A DNA stretch of 64,000 bases, from assembly GCA_013265495.1 (NCBI GenBank), contig MU057637.1, forward strand, positions 1 to 64,000, written 5' to 3'. Every line of letters starts with the position of its first letter. The first letter of the stretch is position 1. Positions 53,305 to 64,000 of this stretch are shown here, piece by piece. The notes below the pieces were generated by a model that saw nothing but the letters and a program-made list of their open reading frames with translations, was not told where the DNA came from and ran no database searches. This stretch comes from Vicugna vicugna (Eukaryota). A program made the translations under genes and the position numbers.

Positions 53305-53928
53305 CTCTTTCCCTTCTGCGTGCTACTGAATATCCTGGTGTCACCATGGGCCGCCACCCCGCCTGGTGTTACCAGTACTGTAAGAACAAGCCACACCCAA
53401 AGCCATGCTTCTGCGGAGGTGTCCCTGATGCTAAGACCCGCATCTTTGACCTGGGGCGGAAGAAGGCAAAAGTGGATCAGTTTCCACTCTGTGGCCAAAT
53501 GGTGTCAGATAAATATGAGCAGCTTTCCTCTGAAGGCTCCAGACAGGTATGCGGTGTGCCTTTGGAAAGCCCCAGGGCACGTTGGCCAGGATCCACATTG
53601 GCCAAGTCATCACGTCCATTCGCACCAAGCTGCAGAACAAGAAGCATGTGATTGAGGCCGTGCACAGGGCCAAGTTGAAGTTCCCTGGTCACCAGAAGAT
53701 CCACACCTCAAAGAATGGATTTACCAAGTTTAACACAAATGAATTTGAAAACATGGTGGCAGAAAGGTGGCTCATCCCGGATGGCTGTGGGGTCAACTAC
53801 ATCCCAAATCGTGCCCCCTGGACAAATGGCAGGCCCTGCACTCATGAGAGCCTTGGTGCTGTCCCCTCCTTCCACAAAACCACCAATAAATCCTACTTTC
53901 CTGTCAAAACAACAACAACAACAACAAC
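53305..53928 (+). pseudogene. RPL10: Processed pseudogene of ribosomal protein L10 (uL16), copied from an exon-skipped mRNA
   Basis: 5'TOP CTCTTTCCCTTC at 53305; ATG at 53346. [16 protein letters not shown]...YEQLSSE is followed in another frame by [27 protein letters not shown] 53885-53890; (CAA)n-converted tail; TSD AACACTTTA at 53295-53303 and 53926-53934. Confidence 0.97.
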
Positions 53929-54044
53929 ACTTTATGATGAATTGAGTAAAGTACTGAAAAAGAGACCCCAATATACATAGGTATTTATCGCAGGCAGCAT
54001 TTCAGATTGGTGAGGGAAAAGATGGATGATCTGAGGATTTTTTA

Positions 54045-54172
54045 AAAATTTATTTATTTATTATTGGTTTACATAAGTATTTTTTATTTTGGTGGGAAAG
54101 GTAACTAGGTTTCTTCATTTTTAGAGGCGGTACTGGGGGTTGCACTCTACTACTTGAGCTGTACCCTTCCCC
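54045..54172 (-). mobile_element. Internally deleted tRNA-derived SINE
   Basis: ggtactgggggttg|cactctactacttgagctgtacccttcccc, same family as the 45195 copy. Confidence 0.7.
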
Positions 54173-54408
54173 ATGCTTTGGTGACTTACGTTGCAACAAA
54201 TTTCTAGTCATTTGACAAGACAACAACAACAACAACACCTGTTCTTTGCTTCAGTCTTTACATAAAAAATAATTTACAAATTAAACAAAAGATAATAAAA
54301 AAGGACTTTGTGAGGTTAGCCTTCTTACTAAATAGACTAAACTGAGTGAGTACAGCCATGAAAATTTCATTTTTTTCTTGATCACTATATTTTTGTGTGA
54401 GTTCTGTT

Positions 54409-55296
54409 TGTCATGGGTTTTGTCCAGCAAAAGTTCCACCATGGGAGAATGAATTTTCTCAAGACTTTATCAGGTCAAGGGAGTGAGAGGGAGCCAGAGA
54501 CCGACTCCCAAGCTGCTCCAAAGCTCTTATATTTATTGCGAATATTCAAAAAGAAATCAAAGTGAAATACATCATAGGAATGAGTAAGGGGTATGTGGTA
54601 TGTGCAGGGATGCGGGTCAGCAGTTTCAGATCATGAAAAACAAAAACATTATAATCTTAATTTATACTTAGAGGGTTACAATATTGATAATACAAATGGT
54701 TATTTTACGCCTCAAACAATCATGAGCAAGGTTACAGTTTTCTGAATAATTGATAATGAAACCCCAGGCCACCACAGAGTCTCCATACTATGATCAGAAA
54801 TCATCTAAGCACGTGTAGCAGCCCAGCTGCCCCCAGCTGAGGGCTAAGTCAGTTTTCTGTGAGCAGGAGTGACCTACACTATCCACCTGCGCCTGGTAAG
54901 CCAAGCACGTCCTGCAGGTTAGGGCGAGGGATGAGCTATGGTTTTCCATAAGCAGAAGCAGCCCTGAGTCTATGACCTTGAACTAAGCAAAGTGAGCAAA
55001 GCATGTCTATGTCTCTGCTTTTCACGGCGAGGAGACAGTTCGTAGCAGGTCCCTGCTAGCACAGCAGCTTCAAGGCAGCTGAGCGAAGTCCCGCAGTTAC
55101 GGCGGTGACTGGTACTGAGAGTTCAGTCTTTCGTGCTTTTGGACATCTTGCTTTGAAGGAGCAGTATAATGACAAATATAGAAAGCAGGGGTTTTGATTA
55201 TACATTTCTTATGTGTTTACATAAAGGTGAGAATATGATTTGGTTAAACAATCATTACAATATCAAAGTTTGTTAACCCAAGCTTGTGCTCCCACA
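54409..55296 (-). mobile_element. Solo LTR, related to 61534-62139
   Basis: Shares both ends with the 61.5 kb copy (ccagcaaaagttccacc vs ccagcagaagtcccacc; ttgttaaccca...gctcccaca). tttatt near 54532. Confidence 0.8.
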
Positions 55297-56539
55297 GTTT
55301 TGTATTTTCTGTAATTGCTCCTTAACGCCATCTTGGGGCAGGCTCACAGCTTTCCTGATGTGCTTTAGTTACAAAAGCTGTAGTTCTGCTCTCACCCTTA
55401 CTGGGCGTGACCTGTGACAGGAGGGACCTGTCCTACTCTGTGCTCTTTCACTCCTCTCTCCCCATTGCTAGGAGTTGTACATTTATGCAGCCTTTTTTGG
55501 ATTATCTGTTGAAGTAAGGTGTAGATACCCTGTGACTCAGGAGCTGTACCTCCAGGAACTGAGCGCTAAAGATGTACTCATACAACCTTATCTGAAAGGT
55601 GAGTCCTTTAGAGATGAAATTTTTTTTTCTGATAGAAATTCAACACAGCTGCAGCCTGTGACTTAGTGTTTACTAACAAGACAGCTGTTAAACCTACCCC
55701 AGCTCTCCTGGCACAGTGGAGGTATGTTATAATTTACCTACTGGATGTTTAACTTGTTTCCAGTGCTTTTCAATATAAAAAATGCTGCAGTGAGTATCTT
55801 GGTGTACATGCTACACACTCATGGGTGCCGAAAGTGTCTTACCTGCTGTAGCTAGGAAAGTCTTCTGCTTTACGTTTTCCCTCCTCGTACTTCAAGGAGC
55901 ACAGGAGAGCTCAGTTTAAAGTCACAGCTGATTGCCTGCAGGGGTGTGTGACTGATGGCAAGCCCTTGGCCCTTCCTGATCAGGAGATTCTGCAGATCTG
56001 GGCATCTCAGACTGACCTGGGACAGTGGTAACAAACGCGCTATTCACTGTTGCCCACGATCAAATTCTCCACCTTCCTTTAGGGGTGTGTGTCAGTCAGG
56101 GTGCCATTAGTATTTGTTTTGGACAAGACAACCCATTGGTGAGGGAGCCCCATGCTTTTCTGGTCCCCTACTCCACTGTGATACCATTGTGCTACAATTG
56201 TGTATAGTTACTGACTCACAAAGCATCTTCAACTGTCATTAAGAGGGTAATACTGCAGCCAGTTTAAAACTATTATAAAAATATTGGCAGAAATTGTATA
56301 AGGTTATTTCTGATTTTCTTGGCTTCTCTTTATCTTCTCATTCCTTTAGCCAGAAGCAATAGTAGTTTAAGTTGCTTAACTTGAATATCTGCTCTAGCAC
56401 ATGTCATTTTTTTTTATTATCCCAATGAAAGTCTGGGTCAACATTAATAGTTTCTTCACAGGTACAGAAATAACTTGATATGATATAAAAGCAAGAGTTT
56501 ATTCTGATTTATTAGCTTTTTTTTTTGGTGGTTTTACTT

Positions 56540-57640
56540 TTTTTTTGGTCAAACTCAGGAAAAAACTACCAAATATTACAAAGATTTCCCATGTAGTCTT
56601 CATCGAGGTTCCCCAAATGTTAACAGCTTACACAGTGACAGTGTAGTTATCAAAATCAGGAAACTAACACTGATACAGTACTGTTACCTAGTCTCCAGGC
56701 TGTATTCAGTTTTCACCGGTTGTCTCAGTAGTGTCCTCCCTCTGTCCAGGATCTGATGCAGTTGCGTTTTAGTTGTCATGTCCCCTCTTAGTTTTCTTTA
56801 ATCTGAAACAATTCCAAAATCTTTCTTTGTCTCTCATGACTGTTATACTTTGAAGAGTACTGGTCAGTAATTTTGTAGAATACCCCACAATTTGGATTTG
56901 TGTGGTTTCCCCATGAGTCAATGAATGTTAAACATTTTTGGTTAAGAGAACTATGCAAGTGACGTTATTAAGCTTACTAGGAGGCACGTGCTACTGATTT
57001 GTACAATTACAAGTGATGCTAATTTGTTCACTTGGTTTAGGTGATACAATCGGGCTTGTCTGCTGTAGTTGTGCTTTTCCTTTGTAATTAAAAAGTGTTC
57101 TGTAGGAAAACACTTTGTGACCAGGTAATTATCTTATTTTTCATCATACTCTCTAATTTTTATTTTCATTGATGATTCTTACCTGAAATGATATTACTAC
57201 TATGCTGTTTGCCAAATGGTGACTTTCTGTTTCCGTCATTTCTTCTGCATTTATTGGCTGGATCTCCTATAAAGAAAAGATTTCACCACCAAGCCCATAA
57301 AAACCAGCAACACAGTGCCTTCACAGCCACCCCTCTCTCCCTCTTTGGAGACAGCCCGTATTCTATCTATGGAGTGTGTACCTACTTTTAATCTGAGCAC
57401 CCAACCCCCACACCTCATGGCCTTTCTCTTGCCTTTCAATGTATCTCTNNNNNNNNNNNNNNNNNNNNNNNNNNNNNNNNNNNNNNNNNNNNNNNNNNNN
57501 NNNNNNNNNNNNNNNNNNNNNNNNNNNNNNNNNNNNAGGATGTCCCAGGCTCATCTTGTGCATTCTCTGCTCTAGCCCTGGAATTAGCCATTTCACCAAG
57601 GAAGATTAGCTGTCTTTATTGAAGATTGGAATTCTTCCAT
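56540..57640 (-). mobile_element. Old L1 3'-region remnant (L1MC/ME-like) spanning an assembly gap (57449-57536)
   Basis: caaaatcaggaaactaacactgatacagtac, tgaagagtactggtcagtaattttgtagaat and ccctggaattagccatttcaccaagga. Confidence 0.65.
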
Positions 57641-58669
57641 GCTCTTTCCCTTATACTTGTATCTCACCATCTTTTAAAACTCTTTCCAATATAAAGCCAC
57701 TTTGGAGGATGTGGGCATGTAACTGCTGTACAGAAGTTAGTTTATATCCAGTAATTCCCTTTGTAATATATTCTGTTTAGTTCCCAGCAGATTCATCTTG
57801 CACTAATTAAAGTGGGAGGATTTCTGCACAGGTTCCACTGTGCCAAATATGTTATTTCATGGAAACATGGTTGAAGATTTTCTTTGGTTTCATTGAGTAT
57901 TTGATAATAACAGTTTTGAAAACTTTTCCAAGAGCTTTCTTCCAGTGCTTATAGTATAGAAATATTTATATTCTCCATATTTTTAGTATAGCGGTCTCTT
58001 TTTTTTCTTAAGAAAATTCTTGACTTTGCTTTAAGTTCTTTCTTGGCTCACTTCCAAGAAGGTGGGTTGGCCATCTATCCAGAGTACAATTTTGATTAGG
58101 CTTTACACTATCTACAAAAGATTTCAGCCTTTTCTCCTTATTTATCATCTAAAACACAACTTTGCTCTTAATATACAGTATAAATTAGTTCCCTGTCACA
58201 AACTGTAACTTCTAATTTGCAGTCTCTAGAATGGTGGAAAAGAGAAATTATGAAGCATTATTTACAAGTCATTAGTTCCTAGACACTTGAACTTAAAACT
58301 AAGGGAGGCATTAGAACCCCATGTTCTTAGACTGAGTTGTTTTGGCACCACAGATTTCATTCATACTCTTCATTAATTTATCTGTAAATTATCCTTACTA
58401 GTGGTTCTCAAAGTGTGGTCCCCTACCACTAGTAGTGCCAGCCTCCTGTGGGAACTAGTTAGAAGCGTAGCCTTCTCGGGCAATACCCAGAGGAGGTAGT
58501 GTGGGTTAACATGCCCTCAGGTGATCCTGATGCAGGAGAAACATTGCTGTGTCCATTTCCTGTAAATTGTTTCCAATTACTGGTGGAGGTACAGAGTGCC
58601 AGTTTATCCGTTTGCCGTTTTACATTATCTGTTTTTACCTAGTTTGTAGGGGTAGTGAGTTATTTTGAA

Positions 58670-59950
58670 GATTAACTCTCTGTTCTCTCCTCCCCTTGAA
58701 TCTGGTAGCCTCAAATTTCCTTTCTGTCTCTATGAATTTGTTCATTTTAGGTATTTCATACAAGTGGAGACTCATACAATATTTGTCCCTTTTGCCTTGC
58801 TTATTTCACTTAACATCATGTTTTCCAGGTCCATCCATGTTGTAGAATGTGTGTCAGAACGTCATTCCTTTTCATAGTTGAATAATAGTCCATTGTATGT
58901 ATACATCATATTTTGTTTATCCATTCATTTGTTAATGCACACGGGTTATTTTCACTTTTTGGCTGTTGTGAATAAGGCTTGCGATGAATGTTGGTGTATA
59001 AATGTGTTTTAGAGACTTTTTTCAAATCTTGTGTATATATCTAGGAATGGAACTTGAGGGTCATGGTAATTCTGTTTTTATCTTTTTTAGAAAATACCAA
59101 ACTATTTTCCACAGTGTATGTATTGTTTTTATTACCACCAAATAAGCTACAGTTTCTTCATATCCTTGCCAGTGCTTATATTTTGTTTTAAAAAAAGTAT
59201 TAAAATCTTAACATAATTATGGCTATCCCAGTAGGCGCAAAGTGGCGTCTCAGTGTGATTGATTTGCATTTGCATTTCTCTAATGGCTGATGATGTTAAG
59301 CATTTTTTCATATGCTTTCTGGTCACTTACACGTCTCCTTTGAAGAAATGTCTATTCCAGACCATTGCCCATTTTAAAATTAACTTGTCTGTCTTTTTGT
59401 TGTTGTGTTATAAAATTCTTTATATATTTTAGATATTAAACCCTTATCAGATATATGGCTTACAAATATTTTTACCCATTAGGTTGGCTATCTTTTTACT
59501 TTATTGATAATATATTGATGTACAAAAGTTTTATTTATTTATTTTAAAGTTTTACATTTGATGAAGTCCAATTTATCTACTTTTTCTTTTGTTGCTTGTA
59601 CTTTGGTGTCTAAGAGCTTACTGCCATGATCATGGCAATCCACGATCATGAAGGTTTACCCCTGTGTTTTTGCATAACAGTTTTGTGATTTTAGCTTTTA
59701 TATGTAGATTGTTGATCCATGTTGAGTTAACTTTTGTATATGGTGTGAGGCAGGGTCAACTTCATTCTTTTATGTGTGGAAATCCAGTTGCTCCAGCACA
59801 ATTGGTTGAGGAGACCTTTCTTTCTCCATTGAATGAACTTGGCACCCTAATCAAAATCAATTGGAAATAGATTTATGGCTTAATGTCTGGACTTTCAGTT
59901 CTGTTCCATTGGTGTATATGTCTATTCTTATGTACTATGTTGTTTTGAGT
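58670..59950 (-). mobile_element. Old L1 (3'UTR and ORF2 end) fragment
   Basis: gatttgcatttgcatttctctaatggctgatgatgttaagcat, tttgatgaagtccaatttatc and cttggcaccctaatcaaaatcaattg. Confidence 0.88.
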
Positions 59951-60742
59951 ATACATTCCCCATGCTGTTTTATATACTTTTAAAAATCTTCTTTAGGCAC
60001 TTTAAGTGCTATTTTAACTTTTTGTTCTTGATAAGACTAAAATTATGAATAACTTTAAACATTTAAAATATTGCACTTAGTAAATTATAAAGAAGTAACT
60101 TTAGTATTATGTGGTATGTACACTCCTGGGCTTCTGAGGGAAGCATGAAAATGCACAAGACTTGTTTCTGTTCTCTAACAACTTGCAACTCCATTCGTTT
60201 ACTTTAAAAGTACTACACTTTTGCTTTGCCATTCTATTTATTCATGTGAGTCCACCCTTATGATGTTGTTAGTATAGTATATGAGACGCTTATCCCTGTT
60301 GCAGCAAAGTTGTAAAATTTAGATATTATAGTTTTTTTTTTTTGCTGTTGTATAGTTTGTATCTTTACTTTAAGCACCTAATTTTATTACTCTTGTTATG
60401 TTTGTATAATTCATTTCTGTTATATTCTGCAACTAGTTTCCTAGAGTATGGGTCTTTCATGTTTTAGTTTGTTATGAAAGACACTTTAAGCCATTATACT
60501 ACTGAAGTTTGCCTCCTTCTGTATGGTTTTACCCATCCATCTGCAAATACGGAATCTTTCTGGGGCAAATTTACATTCTGGTGCTGAGACTTTTTCACTG
60601 TGTGTTGTGCAGATAGTGAGATGGGCTATTGTAATGTGAACTTCCAGGGTAAATTTTTAGTAGTTGATAGCAATGTTCTAAAGCATGTGCTCCTCTTGCA
60701 AGAACTTAATTATGTTTATCTTTAGTTACTCTTGCCTAGAAT

Positions 60743-62480
60743 AGCACTGTGTGTTAGAAATATAATTTGAGCCACATATGTTATTTAAACATTTCTAGTA
60801 GCCTCATTTAAAAGAGTTAAAAAGGGCTAGATATAATTTTAATGTATTTTATTTAATCTGACATATCCAGGATATTATCACTCTAACATTTAAACAATAT
60901 AACAGGATTGAGATACTTAACATTTTTTTTAAACTTTTTCAAGTTTTTGGAACTATGTGTTCACTTTATATTTATTAAATAATTTTTGTATATATATTTT
61001 TTAAATTATCTATTTTACTGTTTTAAACCAATTCCTTGAAACCTAGTAGATCTTTTACATCTTGATTGGATCAACAAATTTTCATCAAAATGCTTGATCT
61101 TAGTTGGGACTTCAAACAATTTATGGTTGAAAATGTAGATTCACATGACTAAGTTGTTCCAAAGAAACTTATACTTTTCAATATCTGAATTAAGTGCCAA
61201 AAATTTTTCTTTTGAGTATTTTTATTTATTATGATAAAACTTGTTCATGCTTTTTTAGAATTTGAAGCAAAAATTTAACAGTTTCAAATCTGTGCTTCTT
61301 AAATTAAGCAAATTCACTAATTCTTGTGTCAACAGTGTTATTAACATCATTTCCTAAGAATATTGCATAAGTTGAACAACAACTTTAAACTCGATAAAAA
61401 CAACTAAGTGTTCAACTATTTCTGATTATTTTTGCAGCCAATTTTTACAACACTCTGCATTGTAAATAAAATATTCTGCATATTGATTCATGTTAGGGAA
61501 CAGTGTAAAATCTTTATTATCAAATCATATTATTGTAGGTTCGTCACCAGTTGTGGGTTCTGGCCAGCAGAAGTCCCACCGAAACGGAATAAATTACTCA
61601 AGACTCTGGAAAAGTCGAGAGAGCGAGAGGGAGTTGGGAGCCTTGAGCCTCTCAAATCTCCCACATTTATTGAGTGCAGTCAAAGGAGGAATGCAGGAAT
61701 TTAGTGAAGGATAGGGTGGGATCACACTGAGTACAAAGGCTTTGTTTACTGTTGGTCTTTGGCTCAAGGTCAGAAGACCCTTTTTGGTGAATCATGTTCG
61801 TGGGTGTTGAGCCTTTCAGCTTATCAGGGCGGAACATCTGAGAATCAGCTGCCTAACAACTTGGACTCAGGTGGCTGTGCCTGTCTTAGGTTGCCCCCCT
61901 CAGGGGATCTTTCCCGTCATTGGCTACCCAGCCTTCTCACCTCTGAGTCTGCAGCTCTTTATCATTCCAGCCCAAGGCTGTTTTGGGGATAGAAGACTAA
62001 CAGCAGGCACACCCAGCGTTTATAGCCAGGGACTTGGGTCATTGTTAAAACCTCAAGGCAGTTACTAAGCACATCTTCTTTAAGGAGATAAGCGGCTGGG
62101 ATCTGTTACAATTTGTTAACCCAATCATGGGCTCCCACAATTATGAAAGCTTTCAATCTCAACATAAATGTCTGTACCTGTGTAACTAGGTAATAGGTAC
62201 AATTTCTCTTTCTTTGGTACTTCAGGCCATGCTTGTCTACCTGTACTGAGATAAAAGTGATAAAACATGAGCACTGCCATTTTTGTCTTTGATTATTGAA
62301 TATTGAAAAAAATACTTTCTTGATCAGCGTTAATAATACAGTAAATCTTTGTGAAATTCTTCCTCTACTCAACCATTGAGCAAGGAACACAAGATTCTTA
62401 AATGTATTGTTTTCCATTTTTTCAATAGTTTTGTAAGCTGGCTAGGATTCTGATTATTTTCAGGTACACACATCAGTTTT
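60743..62480. mobile_element. Charlie1-like hAT transposon remnant, interrupted by an LTR
   Basis: The left end resembles the 50683 element (gccacatatgttatttaaacatttctagtagc) but continues into a longer internal region. The right boundary is uncertain. Confidence 0.5.
61534..62139 (-). mobile_element. Solo LTR
   Basis: TG...CA ends; 5-bp TSD ATTAT (61529-61533 and 62140-62144); homologous ends with 54409-55296. Confidence 0.8.
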
Positions 62481-62539
62481 AACAACTTAATACATGCTAC
62501 TTTTCATAGCTTTAGAATGCTGAGCACAAATATTTTTCA

Positions 62540-62670
62540 TTCTTTTTTTTGAGGGGGAGATAATTAGGTTTGTTTGTATGTTTGTTTGTTTTGATGATGG
62601 CACTGGGGATGGAACCCAGGACCTTGTGCATGCCAGACACACACTCTATCGCTGAGCTATACTAGCCCCC
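62540..62670 (-). mobile_element. tRNA-derived SINE (camelid-like)
   Basis: ggcactggggatggaacccaggaccttgtgcatgccagacacacactctatcgctgagctatac. Confidence 0.85.
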
Positions 62671-64000
62671 TCACAAGTCTACTCTATGTATATCATACAG
62701 TGGAGCAGAGCAATAAGAGGAATATCAGTTTCTTCTTTTAAAAGTCCAATAAGTGTAGGTTTTTAACCTAACATGGCTGGAGCTGTCTATTGAGATGGAG
62801 ACTATTATTTTAATATATAGCTGAAATTCTTTGGCTGTTTAAAAGGTGAAAAATAATCCATGCTACAATTTTGATTTTTTTAAGGTACATATTTGACAAT
62901 TCTCCTTAAGTTTGGAAGTTCTTTCAAACAAAATGTGTCTAAATTTGTACTTTGGTAGTGTCTCTTGTATCACATGATTTATCTAAAGCTAAAAGAAAAG
63001 TAATTTCTCATATTTTGAATCTACTGATTTTTGATACTGTTAGACAGGTCTTCCATATGATGGACAGTAAATTGGTGGCTTAATTGAAGGCCTTCTACTT
63101 TTTCTATAATATCTGTTTTAGTATTCCTCATAATTTTATAATAAAATATCTATAATTGAAATAATTTATTTACCATCTCTCTACTTAAATATGGTTTCTT
63201 CCCTATTTCCTTCCTTCCTTCCATCCTTCCTTTCTTTCTTTCATCTCTCTCTCCCTCCCTCCCTTTCTTTTTGCAAGAATCCATGCCATTCTATAGCTCA
63301 CGAGAGTAATAAGCTCAGATCCTTTAAAAATCTTTTAAAAATGTTTGTTGGACATTTAATTTTGATCTCAGATGAATAACTTTGTTGCTTCTATTTTGAC
63401 TTAGGAAACTTCTTATGAAAATGTACTATGTATTTCCTGAAAAATGTCTCCTAATATTGTCTACATGCTGTTTAAAATATTTTTATGTAAGTCATAGTTT
63501 TTAAATTTTGCTCTACCAAAGCTAATTGTGATTATTATTCATGTTAAAGTTGGTGCATTGTTTTCTTCTAGTCTCACAACACTGTGCCGGTGGCAGCGCT
63601 ATCTTCACTGCATCTCCACTTGATTCTGCTTGGGTAGAATGCCTATGTTTTAATTTAGAAATTTTGTTATACCCTATCCCCTTTTGCCCAGACCAAAAAG
63701 TTAAAGAAAACAACTTAATTCAAAATACGTTAAAATTAAAAATTTCAATAATAATTAAAATTCAAATAGTATCTCTGGTTATCAGTTATGATTTACATAG
63801 GGATCACTGTAATTGTGTACTTTGCAAAAAATTCAATAAATGATTTACTCTATTATTACATTGATGTGTAGAGAAAATTCATTTTAGTTGATTAGTTAGT
63901 TGATGCTGACTAGATAAAAACAATAAATGTTTCTTTTGTAGATAGATATTTTACATTGCCTCAGCTTTTAAATTTAGATAAAATTAATTATAATTAAATA

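Noticed and set aside
54409..62139. Two related same-strand LTRs about 6 kb apart as one provirus
   Set aside because: The interior contains old L1/MER remnants rather than gag/pol, the LTRs differ in length, and the right one has its own TSD.

Overview
Mammalian genomic DNA from a draft assembly (three N gaps). The tRNA-derived SINEs resemble camelid ones, but the species is inferred. I can support no intact protein-coding gene. The recognisable gene-derived pieces are: (1) a decayed, non-processed copy of JMY exon 1 (26373-28048), split by a solo LTR and still attached to a CpG-rich promoter; (2) a processed PFN1 pseudogene with poly(A) and target-site duplication (TSD); (3) a processed RPL10 pseudogene copied from an mRNA lacking exactly one 139-nt internal exon. 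There are four CpG-rich promoter-like islands (about 6.2-6.8, 25.6-26.35, 30.05-30.76 and 35.5-35.67 kb). The rest is dense with L1, solo LTR, ERVL, DNA-transposon and SINE remnants, plus near-perfect tandem duplications of 434, 167 and 40 bp. The left half looks like a mosaic of rearranged gene fragments and includes an unidentified chain of phase-compatible exons at 13.3-16.0 kb. All gene and repeat assignments come from recalled reference sequences, not database searches.
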